DNA from: Candidatus Kaiserbacteria bacterium RIFCSPHIGHO2_02_FULL_49_34
GTDB lineage: Bacteria > Patescibacteriota > Minisyncoccia > Phycocordibacterales > UBA918
Direction of reading: 5' to 3'
DNA: 56,799 bases
Assembly: GCA_001781205.1 (NCBI GenBank)
Contig: MFLE01000018.1
Span: 1-56,799 of the forward strand
The notes beneath the pieces are model-generated. The model was given only the letters and a program-made list of their open reading frames with translations. It had not been told where the DNA came from and made no database searches. Shown here one piece after another: positions 45,101-54,245 of this stretch (positions are counted from its first letter, which is position 1; each line of letters starts with the position of its first letter). Both the position numbers and the translations under genes were made by a program.

Positions 45101-45581
45101 CCACCTAGATAGCTGGCCAGTTGAGACCGATGTTGATGCAGACGTGCTTACGAGCATGAAGCTTACTCGCGAATGGGTAACAAAAGCTCTCGAAGCGCGC
45201 ACGAAGGCAGGTATGAAGCTTCGTCAGCCAGTTGCAACAATCAAGCTTCCTGTGGAGCTTAGTGGTGCATGTGATGAAATCTTCAAAGACGAGCTTAATG
45301 TGAAGAATCTTGAAGTTGACGCAGCACTTACGGGAGCATGGATTGATGAGGTAATCACGCCAGAGCTTAAACGCGAAGGGGAAGTACGTGACCTTACTCG
45401 TCAGATTCAAGATGCTCGCAAAGACGCAGGACTTGAGCCGAAGGATAGAATTGTGCTCACACTCAATCCGTCACTCGAAGAGACCGTTATGCCGCATAAA
45501 GATGAACTTATGAAAACCGTTGGCGCTGATAGTATTGTATATGATACAGCAGTTACAACGTTTACGCTTAAAACACCATAA
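42123..45581 (+). CDS. ileS: Isoleucine--tRNA ligase with inserted histidine-phosphatase domain
   Basis: DGPPFATGLPHYGH, GWDCHGLP, WTTTPWTLP, SRQRYWG, DQTRGWF, KMSKS; insert containing RHGE and IVSH. Confidence 0.95.
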   Translation: MNENKVSDVARREEEMLQFWREHDIFQKSIAKDAPNGQFTFYDGPPFATGLPHYGHLLAGTIKDAIPRFWTMNGYSVPRRWGWDCHGLPLENLIEKKLGLATKRDIETYGVKNFNEAARGAVLEYADEWRKIVPRMGRFVDMEDDYRTMDASYSESVWHVFSELHKKGLVYEGFKSMHLCPRCGTTLSNFEVNQGYRDIKDISVYVKLPLVESPDTSLLVWTTTPWTLPGNMAAAIHREALYVAVSITVEEKTESVIVAKARFESLFAGAQNATIVREFPGSELEGKAYMPPFDYFKNQEIPNIENAWKIWHADYVDVEGAGTGAVHIAPAYGEDDMQLGKANNIPLVHHVDPDGRFKALVTDWAGYIVKPKDDADAEVSHLDTDIEIVRALAQKGVLFKKENITHSYPHCWRCETPLLNYATTSWFVEVTKIKDQLVAANNTVNWVPEHVGVGRFGKWLEGARDWAVSRQRYWGAPLPIWRNPETKEWKVFGSFKELLAQVPQSGSQYFLMRHGEAEANTKNVTQTKIEVANPLTKNGRKVAQASASSLKDKGIDLIIASPFERTKETAQIVARELGLDGTSIVYDDRIAEIKVGEFDGKSIDEYHAFLNASGDWYTAAPEEGESHQAVRRRVGAFLHDIDTKYAGKRVLIVSHNSPLNVLRAMLHEDGALPEVFDHTHAGRTFTHGEMLEGTFTKYPHNDDYVLDVHRPYIDDLDVRDENGTRLERVPDVFDCWFESGSMPYGQQHYPFENTDRFDATTGLGFPADFIAEGLDQTRGWFYSLIVLGTALFGKSPFKHVVVNGLVLAEDGRKMSKSLRNYPDPMELVDRLGADAMRLYLLTSPIVRGEDLNFSEKGVMEIQRKTIGRLHNVLQMYEMYTDGTKTSSQSSQVLDRWMVAVLSDAIRTSTEAYKTYELDKATRPILDVIDDLSVWYLRRSRDRLKGDDLADKQAALATLRYTLKTTALLMAPVMPFYAEYLYQKVRDESDPESVHLDSWPVETDVDADVLTSMKLTREWVTKALEARTKAGMKLRQPVATIKLPVELSGACDEIFKDELNVKNLEVDAALTGAWIDEVITPELKREGEVRDLTRQIQDARKDAGLEPKDRIVLTLNPSLEETVMPHKDELMKTVGADSIVYDTAVTTFTLKTP

Positions 45582-45670
45582 TTGGTGTTTTGTGTTATTT
45601 ATGCTTTGACGTCCCGGATGGATCCAGACGTCAAAGCATATTTTCTCAACCCTGTGGTATACTTTTCGTA

Positions 45671-46789
45671 ATGCAAAAGAAAAAGGGTTTTGTCGATCAA
45701 CTCAAGGAAATGTTTCATATTGAGTCACCACTACCACGTGATGTTGTCATGGGTGTTGATTTTGGTAGCGCAACACTCAAGGTGGTGCAACTTTCAAAAA
45801 AGCAATCGATTCCAACACTCGATACCTATGGTGAAGTTTCGCTCGCGCCGTACCAGGGGGAATCCGAAGGAAAGGTTGTGCCGCTCAACATTGATGCACA
45901 TACGAAGGCGCTTCGCGATGTTGTGCGTGATGCGGGTATTGTGGCGCAGAGCGCTGCGATTGCGCTTCCGTATGGCGCAACGTTCACGGTTGTGCTCACC
46001 GTTGACTCAACTGACCCTACCGAAATAACCGCACGTGTCCCTATTCAAATCAAGAACCTCATCCCCGTCCGCCTGCAAGACGTTACCATTGATTGGTTTC
46101 CATTTGTGCACGATGAAGCAGCAAAAAAGACAACACTCATTGCGGTGGCGGTGCATAATCATACACTTGCACAATTGCGCGAAGTAGTGACACGTGCGGG
46201 GTTTTCAATTCTCACTACCGAGCTTGAATTTTTTTCCACTATTCGTAGCGTTGTGGAGCAGGCGGATTCGAAAAGCTCCTTCGACTTCGCTCAGGGTAAA
46301 TCGCCGCAGGCAGCGTCCATGATTGTGCTTGATCTTGGTGCAGGGAGCGGCAAAGTATATTTTGTACATGAAGGGAAGCTCGTTGGCGTGCATAGTATTG
46401 CATCGCTTGGTGGTGAGGGGGTTACCAAGCGCATTGCAGGAGCGTCGAATGCGGCATTTGAAACCATCGAAGCGCAAAAGCGCGAAGGTGCCGTGTCTCT
46501 TCCGGATGAAATCATTACTCAAGCAGCGCGTGAAGTATCTTCACTTATAAGTGCACATGTCCATGCGTCGACTCTTTCTTCTGCACCGTGTGTTGTGGTT
46601 GGCGGAGGCGCTCGCATGCATGATCTTACGACCGCGTTTCGTACTGCATTTGCACGCACTGTGACACTTGGTGAGCCGTTTCATCATGTTGCGTATCCGC
46701 AGATTCTTAAGGATACACTTACACGAACAGGGGGCGCATATGCACCGTCTGTCGCGGTAGCGTTTGCTGCGGTCGGACTATCAAAATAA
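45671..46789 (+). CDS. pilM: Type IV pilus assembly protein PilM-like
   Basis: GVDFGSATLKVVQL, VLDLGAG, VVGGGA actin-fold motifs. Confidence 0.8.
   Translation: MQKKKGFVDQLKEMFHIESPLPRDVVMGVDFGSATLKVVQLSKKQSIPTLDTYGEVSLAPYQGESEGKVVPLNIDAHTKALRDVVRDAGIVAQSAAIALPYGATFTVVLTVDSTDPTEITARVPIQIKNLIPVRLQDVTIDWFPFVHDEAAKKTTLIAVAVHNHTLAQLREVVTRAGFSILTTELEFFSTIRSVVEQADSKSSFDFAQGKSPQAASMIVLDLGAGSGKVYFVHEGKLVGVHSIASLGGEGVTKRIAGASNAAFETIEAQKREGAVSLPDEIITQAAREVSSLISAHVHASTLSSAPCVVVGGGARMHDLTTAFRTAFARTVTLGEPFHHVAYPQILKDTLTRTGGAYAPSVAVAFAAVGLSK
46277..46300 (+). repeat. REP-like motif in frame inside pilM (SFDFAQGK)
   Basis: TCCTTCGACTTCGCTCAGGGTAAA, 24 nt, located in a loop before the VLDLG strand. Confidence 0.55.
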
Positions 46790-46793
46790 ACAT

Positions 46794-47603
46794 ATGCATA
46801 CACTTTATAAAAAAATAGGTCTCAGCTGCATGGCGCTTGCAGTACTCATTGCGGGGAGTACGGGTGTTCTCTCGCATTTTAAAGATGTAACACCGGCAGC
46901 AGTTGTTGCAAGTACGGTTGTAGAGAACACAAACGTTGCACGCACGCAGGCACAGCGTATGCTTTTGACACGAAGTGCCGTACTTGACAGGGCAGCAACG
47001 CTCAAGGCAAACGACATGCTCAAAAACCAATACTTTGCACATCGAAGCCCAAGCGGTGTTACACCATGGTACTGGTTCGATAAGGCACAGTACAAGTACC
47101 TTCGTGCAGGGGAGAACCTTGCAGTGCATTTTGATGACTCAGCTGAACTGGTTGATGCATGGCTACATTCGCCGAGTCATCGTGCTAATATCATGAATGG
47201 TGCCTATACTGAAATAGGCATCGGTATGGCCAAGGGAACGTTTGAAGGCGTGCCAACAACTTTCGTGGTGCAACTTTTTGGTACACCAAGACCAGCAACA
47301 AAGCAGGGGGCAGCGGTGGGTCTTCTTGACACAAATGAGTTTCGTGTTGTTTCAGAATCCAGTGATGTTGCACCGCATGAACTTGCAACGATTGAGCGCA
47401 CTACAATAACCACACAACATACGTTTGTACCGATTGCAATTATTGTATTCCTTATCGGCGCACTCTTTCTTGCGATACACATATGTCTCCGATGCCTTGC
47501 GCGGTCATGTACGCACATTTCTTTCATCATGCTTGGGGCGATTCTTGTACTCTCCCTTATCATCACATATACGGTTCGCATGATGCTTATGGGTGTGATA
47601 TAG
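46794..47603 (+). CDS. CAP (SCP) domain membrane protein
   Basis: YFAH, AGENLA, WLHSPSHRANI, EIGIG, VVQLFG motifs; C-terminal TM helices. Confidence 0.88.
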   Translation: MHTLYKKIGLSCMALAVLIAGSTGVLSHFKDVTPAAVVASTVVENTNVARTQAQRMLLTRSAVLDRAATLKANDMLKNQYFAHRSPSGVTPWYWFDKAQYKYLRAGENLAVHFDDSAELVDAWLHSPSHRANIMNGAYTEIGIGMAKGTFEGVPTTFVVQLFGTPRPATKQGAAVGLLDTNEFRVVSESSDVAPHELATIERTTITTQHTFVPIAIIVFLIGALFLAIHICLRCLARSCTHISFIMLGAILVLSLIITYTVRMMLMGVI

Positions 47604-47613
47604 TGCGCGCGTT

Positions 47614-49008
47614 ATGTCGTCACGTACCATGCTCCATGTTGCTGTTTGGATTCTCGGCACACTCCTTGCTCTAGGGGTCGTTGCCTTTTTTCTGTATTTC
47701 CAAAATATGCAATCGACAGATGGTGTCTCTGTGAATATGGCGCAGAAGGATGATGTCGAAGAAATGACGGAATTTCCTTTGCCGACACCACAAGAACTGA
47801 GCCGTTTCGGTACGGGTTCGGTGCGTGTTGAGCCGAATTACTATACAGACACCGTAAAGGCGCTGAAAGCTTCCAGTGCATCGTTTATCGAGGCAAACCT
47901 CACGACAATGAAAATTAACGCGTACCAAGAAGGCGTACTTTCATTTACTGTTGATATCAAAACAAAAGGTCGTCCCGGTTCATGGTGGCAGACTCCTGCA
48001 GGCGTCTATCATGCACAGACAAAAAAGCAAAAGCATTTTTCATCGTTCGGACACGTCTACACTGATTGGAATCTCCCATTCCAAGGCAATTTCTTTATCC
48101 ACGGTTGGCCGTACGATGAAGACGGTACGCCAGTCCCGCAGGGATTTTCAGGTGGCTGTATACGGCTAACTGATGAGGATGCACAGCGACTTTATGAATT
48201 TGCTGAAGTGGGTACACCGATTATTGTATACGAAGACTACTTCGCATCGGATAATTTCTCGTACGAAGCTGTTGCGCCAGTTGACATTACGGCAGCATCG
48301 TATCTCGCTATGGATATTCGGAGCAATGATGTCATTCTTGAGCAACATGCCTCAAGCACCTTTGCGATTGCATCAATTACCAAAATCATGACCGCGCTCA
48401 TTGCTACGGAATACATTAATCTCGACAAGAATCTCACCGTGTCCGCACGTGCTGCCACAGCGACAACCAGTAAGCCTCGCTTCACAGAGGGTGAATCAGT
48501 GCTTGCATTTCATGTGCTTTATCCGCTCCTCAATGAATCGTCAAATCAGTCTGCAACAGTGCTTGCTGAGTCAGTGGGTACGGAGCGGTATGTCCGTCTC
48601 ATGAATGACAAAGCAACAGCTATTGGGATGGCGCAAACAACCTTTGCTGATCCTTCGGGAGTTTTGGCTACGAATACCGCAACGGCCGAGGACCTTGCTC
48701 GTCTTGCACAGTATCTTTACTACAATCGTCCATTTGTCTTGAATCTTCTTGCTGGACGACTTGATCCTGGATTCTACGACGCACCTCAGTTTAATGATTT
48801 ATCGAACTTCAATATCTTTAGCGACGATGAGGCGTTTGTTGGCGGCAAAGTAGGACACACAAAAGCTGCTGACGAAACCATGCTTGCGGTATTTCATATC
48901 GACATTCGCGGCACCTCTCGTCCGATTGCTATTGTGGTCCTCGGTTCGACCAACATAAAAGATGATGTTAATAAAATTAGAGATTATATTGCTGAACGAT
49001 ATCGTTAG
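47614..49008 (+). CDS. L,D-transpeptidase fused to D-Ala-D-Ala carboxypeptidase (peptidase S11)
   Basis: TPAG, FIHG...SGGCIRL (YkuD); ASITK, SSN, DPSG, GGKVG (S11); N-terminal TM. Confidence 0.88.
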   Translation: MSSRTMLHVAVWILGTLLALGVVAFFLYFQNMQSTDGVSVNMAQKDDVEEMTEFPLPTPQELSRFGTGSVRVEPNYYTDTVKALKASSASFIEANLTTMKINAYQEGVLSFTVDIKTKGRPGSWWQTPAGVYHAQTKKQKHFSSFGHVYTDWNLPFQGNFFIHGWPYDEDGTPVPQGFSGGCIRLTDEDAQRLYEFAEVGTPIIVYEDYFASDNFSYEAVAPVDITAASYLAMDIRSNDVILEQHASSTFAIASITKIMTALIATEYINLDKNLTVSARAATATTSKPRFTEGESVLAFHVLYPLLNESSNQSATVLAESVGTERYVRLMNDKATAIGMAQTTFADPSGVLATNTATAEDLARLAQYLYYNRPFVLNLLAGRLDPGFYDAPQFNDLSNFNIFSDDEAFVGGKVGHTKAADETMLAVFHIDIRGTSRPIAIVVLGSTNIKDDVNKIRDYIAERYR

Positions 49009-49037
49009 AACAAAAGATGCCGAGGGCATCTTTTGTT
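49009..49037 (+). terminator. Intrinsic terminator
   Basis: AACAAAAGATGCC-GAG-GGCATCTTTTGTT. Confidence 0.8.
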
Positions 49038-49044
49038 ATCCACA
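49036..49044 (+). promoter_or_regulatory. DnaA box consensus
   Basis: Exact TTATCCACA just upstream of the next promoter. Confidence 0.4.
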
Positions 49045-49080
49045 GGTCGCCTTTCTTGATATGTGGTATACTTCTGAGGT

Positions 49081-51033
49081 ATGAAATGTATACCGATTCA
49101 GATGCAGATATACCTCCGAATGACGGCGCTCCTTTTAGTGTCTATGCTTGTCGCGCTCCTTATAAGTATTCCACAAGCACATGCTACTGCAAATGATAAA
49201 ATTCACTACCAAGGCAAGCTCCTTGATTCAGGTGGTAGTCCTGTGACCGACGCTTCGCACACTATGCGTTTTCGCCTCTATACTGTCTCGACAGGCGGCT
49301 CAGCATTCTGGGATGAAACACAAACCGTTACGACCGCTGGTGGACTCTTCACTGCGCTCCTCGGTTCCGTCACCAGTCTGAGTGGTATCGATTGGAATCA
49401 AGCTCTCTACCTCGGTGTGACGGTTGATAGTGACAGCGAAATGACCCCTCGCCACACCGTCGGTGCTGTTCCCGCCGCACACACCCTTGCAGGCGCCCTT
49501 CGTCTCGACAGCGCCCTCGATTCTTATTTGAGCGGCAGTCTTGGTGTCGGCACGACAACCCCCATTTCAAAATTATCAGTTGTGGGTAGTGGTACTGGGT
49601 TTGGTTTGCGAGTAGACAACACAAGCACAGGAGATGGAATACAGATAAATACAGAAGCTAATACTTCCAATAATGGTTTACTTTGGAGTCAAGGAGGAAA
49701 CAATATCTTAAATATTTTCTCTACAGCAAGCAATCAGGCGACTTTGCGTCTGGCAAGCAGTACCGCGACGATGGTGGAGTTAAGTGCTGCTGGAAACTCT
49801 TATTTTAACGCTGGAAATATTGGTATCGGCACGACATCTCCATTAGCGAAACTCGACATCTACGGCACTGCGGGCTCTGCAAATATATTCACTCTGTCAT
49901 CGTCAACAAACGCACGACTCTTTACTGTAACAGCAGGAGGGGATGTGGGGGTTGGTACATCAACACCTACTGCGCAATTGCACACCACGGGTTCAGTACG
50001 TTTTCAAACGTTTGGTTCAGGAACACTCACGACAGATGCAGATGGTAATCTATCCGTATCTTCTGATGAACGCTTGAAGAATATCGAAGGTTCATTCACC
50101 AACGGCCTTGCAGCAATTCGTGGGCTTGAGCCAATTCGGTATCGCTGGAATGCGGAGAGTGGGCTTGAACAGGAATCTATCTATGCAGGTTTCTCTGCGC
50201 AGAATGTTATGGATCATATCGAAGATGCTGTTGGTATCGACAAAAACACTGGTTACTTCACGCTCAGTGATCGTCCGATTATTGCGGCATCAGTCAATGC
50301 AATTAAGGAGCTTGATAGTACCATTGAGTCACTTGCGTCAACGACTGCGGCAACTTCAACTGAAGAAGGTACACAAACCTTCATAGGTCGATTCTTCGAC
50401 CGTATGATTGCCTGGTTTGCAGATGCGGCAAATGGCATCGGCAACCTCTTCGCTAGCAGTTTCCATGCGAAGGATACGATCTGTATTAATGACACCTGTG
50501 TTGACGAAACAAAGCTTCGCGAGCTTCTTGGAGACGTGTCCGCAAGCGATACGACGGATTCAACAGGTTCATCGCAGACAACCTCTTCGGATGATAACAG
50601 TTCTGATACGATAGACGATACTGCAACCTCAACCGATGATGGCAGTACTTCGACAAGCTCAGGGCAGGCCGCAACCTCAACTGATAGCGGTACTGCAACT
50701 GCGACGTCAACCGATGATGGTGCCGGACCATCAACCGATTCTGTGGACGACACAGAGGCGCCAGTAATTACACTCAATGGCAATCCATCGATAATGATTG
50801 AGTACGGAGGTACGTATAACGAAGAAGGTGCAACGGCAACCGACAACGTCGACGCGAATGTTGAGATTGTCGTAACAGGTGCCGTTGATACAGGGGCGGC
50901 TGGCACGTATACTATTACTTACAACGCAACCGACACCGCAGGAAATGAATCAGTGATAACACGAGAAGTAATCGTAGATCCTGAGCCAACACCCGAACCT
51001 GAACCCGCACCTGAACCTGTGCCTGAAGAATAA
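49081..51033 (+). CDS. Secreted tail-fibre-like protein with peptidase S74 chaperone domain and C-terminal DUF5011-like Ig domain
   Basis: Signal peptide; IHYQGKL; three G(I/V)GTTSP..KL repeats; SSDERLKNI; APVITLNG...GATATDNVD; PEPxPE tail. Confidence 0.82.
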   Translation: MKCIPIQMQIYLRMTALLLVSMLVALLISIPQAHATANDKIHYQGKLLDSGGSPVTDASHTMRFRLYTVSTGGSAFWDETQTVTTAGGLFTALLGSVTSLSGIDWNQALYLGVTVDSDSEMTPRHTVGAVPAAHTLAGALRLDSALDSYLSGSLGVGTTTPISKLSVVGSGTGFGLRVDNTSTGDGIQINTEANTSNNGLLWSQGGNNILNIFSTASNQATLRLASSTATMVELSAAGNSYFNAGNIGIGTTSPLAKLDIYGTAGSANIFTLSSSTNARLFTVTAGGDVGVGTSTPTAQLHTTGSVRFQTFGSGTLTTDADGNLSVSSDERLKNIEGSFTNGLAAIRGLEPIRYRWNAESGLEQESIYAGFSAQNVMDHIEDAVGIDKNTGYFTLSDRPIIAASVNAIKELDSTIESLASTTAATSTEEGTQTFIGRFFDRMIAWFADAANGIGNLFASSFHAKDTICINDTCVDETKLRELLGDVSASDTTDSTGSSQTTSSDDNSSDTIDDTATSTDDGSTSTSSGQAATSTDSGTATATSTDDGAGPSTDSVDDTEAPVITLNGNPSIMIEYGGTYNEEGATATDNVDANVEIVVTGAVDTGAAGTYTITYNATDTAGNESVITREVIVDPEPTPEPEPAPEPVPEE

Positions 51034-51176
51034 TCTGCTTGCTCGAACTAAAAAACACACCACTCAAAACTGGACTGAGCGGTGTTTTTTATGAGGTAGT
51101 CACAATCTGCTCCAGAATTTGACTTCCTGTAAAAAGAGGAATACACTTTGCGCCTCATTCGAGTAACAATATTGCC

Positions 51177-53255
51177 ATGATAGAAAGCATTCTTGCCCTT
51201 ATCCTCATGTTTCTGTGCGCCTCTGGCGTCGGCGTTCTTGCAGAACGTATTCGGGTTCCGTACACTGTTCTTTTGGTGCCTGTTGGTATTATCCTCCTTC
51301 TTGCCTCGCAAATTACGTCGTTGCAATTTATTGGCTCCATCAACCTCACTCCTGAGCTTCTCTTTTACGCGTTCCTCCCTGTCCTTATCTTTGAATCCGC
51401 GTATAACATAAACTGGAAGCAGCTCCGTCGCAATAAATGGTCTATCACACTCCTCTCAGTCGTCTCGCTCCTTATCTCAACAATACTCATCGCGGTTGCA
51501 TTTAAGTTTGGACTCGGTCTCGCTGGGTGGGATGTACCGTGGCAAGTGGTGATTCTCTTTGGTGCGCTTATTTCGGCAACCGACCCGGTCGCCGTACTCG
51601 CACTCTTCAAAGAATACGGTGCGCCCAAACGCCTCTCGCTTATTTTTGAAGGCGAGTCTCTTTTCAATGACGGTACAGCACTCGCGCTCGCACTTGTACT
51701 TATTGCTGCATTTACCGCAACAGAAGACATCTCACTCGCGACAATGGTCGGGGAAGGCAGTCTCCTCTTCGTGTCGATGGTGGCGCTTGGTGCCGCACTC
51801 GGCGCGGTCTTCGGTTTTGTCTTTGCGAAGCTTATCGAAAAAATCCGCGACGACTCATCACTTGAGCTTACCCTTGCGCTCGTCATGGCACATGCAACCT
51901 TCATCAGTGCTGAGCTTCTTTCTGAATGGATGATGCACACCCAGCATTGGCCGATTGGGATTTCACCTGTTATCGCTACAACAATCGGCGCCATCACGAT
52001 GGGGAACTGGGGTCGCTATAAGCTCTCGTCACAAGTCCATGAATTTGCAGAGCACACGCTTGGTTACTTTGGTTTCTTGATCAATTCGATTATTTTCTTA
52101 CTCATTGGTTTTGAATTTATCGACATTACGCACCAGGTCGACATGTCGACACTTCTTGTGCCAGCACTTATTGCTATTGCGGTCGTGGTTGTTGCGCGAG
52201 CTGTCTCTGTGTATCCTGTCATGCAACTCTTTAATAAGACCAAGCTTGAGGAGCATATTCCGCTCCAGTGGCAACATATGCTCGCGTGGGGTTCTCTCCG
52301 TGGTGCCATTGCTATCGCGATTGTGCTTTCGATTCCAAAGGATTGGGTACCAGCGGGCTGGGTATACGACTTCACCCCGCAAGCGTTCATTGCAGGTATC
52401 ACCATTATCTGTATCTACTTCACGCTCTTTATTAAGGCAACAACCATCGGCGCAATTCTCGAACGTTTCCAGCTTACCAAGATGACGGCAATTGAATACG
52501 CGGGATATCTCCTTGCGCGTATGCGTATTGCTGACAAGGCGCTTTCTGAATCAGAACGATTCCTACGTCGTGGCTATGTCGACGAGGCGACGGCGCTGCA
52601 TGCGCGCGACGGCTACGAAAAATGGAAAACGCGTGCAATCGGACACATGCAGGCAACCTGCGCCGAGTATCCACAGACACCGATTCTTGCACTTCATTTG
52701 CACGTTGCTGGTATTGAAGCAAAGGTACTACACCGTCTCTATCACTACAAAGAAATAAATGAATTAGTGTATCGTCGTCTCTTGGGTAAGATAGAAGAAC
52801 GTATTCTTGATCTCGAAGAATCGACCGTTCCAACTATCGCAACAACCTGTGAGCCGTACTTCTCACTGTTTGACAAAATTGAGTCAGGCATGAGTCGTGT
52901 CGATGAGCTTCGTAATCACTACCTCTTCGCTCGCGCACGTATTATTGCTGCCAACAAAGTTCTCGAAGCGCTTGAACATGCAACACATGAAAAGAATCTC
53001 TTTGCCGACGATGACGTGCAAGATCTTATTTCTATCTATACGAAGCGTCGCGAAGAAGCGAAAAAACACATGCGGACACTTGCGGAAAAAGCGCCGAAAA
53101 TTGTGGGCGAGCTTGCGGTTGAACATATGGAAGACGGACTTCTCAAGGCAAAAGAACGAGAACTCGAAGAAATTATCGAAGAGGGTGTGGTAACGCCCAA
53201 AGCTGCACAAAAGCTTTCTGAGCGTATTCTCATCCACCGAACAACAAAGAAATAA
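51177..53255 (+). CDS. CPA1-family Na+/H+ antiporter with long cytoplasmic tail
   Basis: SATDPVAV, EGESLFNDG, GSLRGAI motifs; about 13 TM helices. Confidence 0.92.
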   Translation: MIESILALILMFLCASGVGVLAERIRVPYTVLLVPVGIILLLASQITSLQFIGSINLTPELLFYAFLPVLIFESAYNINWKQLRRNKWSITLLSVVSLLISTILIAVAFKFGLGLAGWDVPWQVVILFGALISATDPVAVLALFKEYGAPKRLSLIFEGESLFNDGTALALALVLIAAFTATEDISLATMVGEGSLLFVSMVALGAALGAVFGFVFAKLIEKIRDDSSLELTLALVMAHATFISAELLSEWMMHTQHWPIGISPVIATTIGAITMGNWGRYKLSSQVHEFAEHTLGYFGFLINSIIFLLIGFEFIDITHQVDMSTLLVPALIAIAVVVVARAVSVYPVMQLFNKTKLEEHIPLQWQHMLAWGSLRGAIAIAIVLSIPKDWVPAGWVYDFTPQAFIAGITIICIYFTLFIKATTIGAILERFQLTKMTAIEYAGYLLARMRIADKALSESERFLRRGYVDEATALHARDGYEKWKTRAIGHMQATCAEYPQTPILALHLHVAGIEAKVLHRLYHYKEINELVYRRLLGKIEERILDLEESTVPTIATTCEPYFSLFDKIESGMSRVDELRNHYLFARARIIAANKVLEALEHATHEKNLFADDDVQDLISIYTKRREEAKKHMRTLAEKAPKIVGELAVEHMEDGLLKAKERELEEIIEEGVVTPKAAQKLSERILIHRTTKK

Positions 53256-53260
53256 CGAAG

Positions 53261-53291
53261 AAAACAACTCCACACAACAGGGAGTTGTTTT
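53261..53291 (+). terminator. Intrinsic terminator
   Basis: AAAACAACTCC-loop-GGAGTTGTTTT. Confidence 0.75.
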
Positions 53292-53395
53292 AATGTCGGA
53301 CGGGGCGGATATGTTGACAAAAAACGAGAACCGTGTTTATATACATTCGGATTTGTTTTTTATCACCGCCACGTATATCTCTGAAGGAGAAAATC

Positions 53396-54121
53396 ATGGA
53401 AGCAGTCAATGTGTTTCCGGGTCTGAGTATTCTCGACCGACACGAAACTGAATTGTTTGATGTCGAAACCTGTATGCTTAGCTACAACAATGTTGACTAT
53501 TCGGTCACTCGCATCCACGCAAAGGCGTCTGAAAACCCTCGATTCCTCGTCAACCTTGTCACCTGTGGCGAGCGCATTATTTGGAGCCATGAATGCTCGG
53601 GCTATCCCGGCGTTGCACTCCTTGCCATGACGGAAGGAGGTCCTGTCGTAGCGCTTTGTAAAGGCGAACGTGTCCAACGGATTGAGCCATTTGTCGACGA
53701 CCCCGACCTCGACGACATTGTCGAACGTGCAGAAGCAAAACGCGAGGCAGCCGAATCTATCGGGTATCAACCGTGGTTCTCTGACTACGAGCGGCGTGCG
53801 CAGATGCTTGAACAGGAAATCATCCGTATCAGCGCATGCGAAAATCGTCGCCGTGCGCATGTTGAATCCGAAGAAGCTCGTGCGGCACTTCTCACTCGTG
53901 TCATGCGTCGTCCGTACATCTCGGTAACTACCGAGAGGAATATGCGGGTTCGTGGCATTCCCGTTCGTGAGAACGAATGGGTCATGCTGCCGCCATCCTT
54001 TACCGCAGTTCTCGTCGAAGACCTTTCACGTCCACGCGACACCGCACGCGAAGTGTTCGATGTATATACCGATCTCCAAGGCGCCACCAAACGCCGGCAT
54101 GTACAACAAGTAGCGAGGTAA
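53396..54121 (+). CDS. Hypothetical protein
   Basis: AAGGAG Shine-Dalgarno before ATG 53396; upstream TTGACA. Confidence 0.7.
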   Translation: MEAVNVFPGLSILDRHETELFDVETCMLSYNNVDYSVTRIHAKASENPRFLVNLVTCGERIIWSHECSGYPGVALLAMTEGGPVVALCKGERVQRIEPFVDDPDLDDIVERAEAKREAAESIGYQPWFSDYERRAQMLEQEIIRISACENRRRAHVESEEARAALLTRVMRRPYISVTTERNMRVRGIPVRENEWVMLPPSFTAVLVEDLSRPRDTAREVFDVYTDLQGATKRRHVQQVAR

Positions 54122-54245
54122 TCGCATGCTTGTGAATATTTGCACATTTTTGCAGCATTAATCTATTGGATTGGTGCTGCTTTTCTTTTTCGAAAAATTC
54201 AGTATAGTACACATATTATTACATATACATAAACAAATATATTTC

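Noticed and set aside
49081-51033. Prophage suggested by the tail-fibre/S74 gene or the Com-like gene
   Set aside because: No capsid, terminase, portal or integrase genes nearby; the protein has a signal peptide
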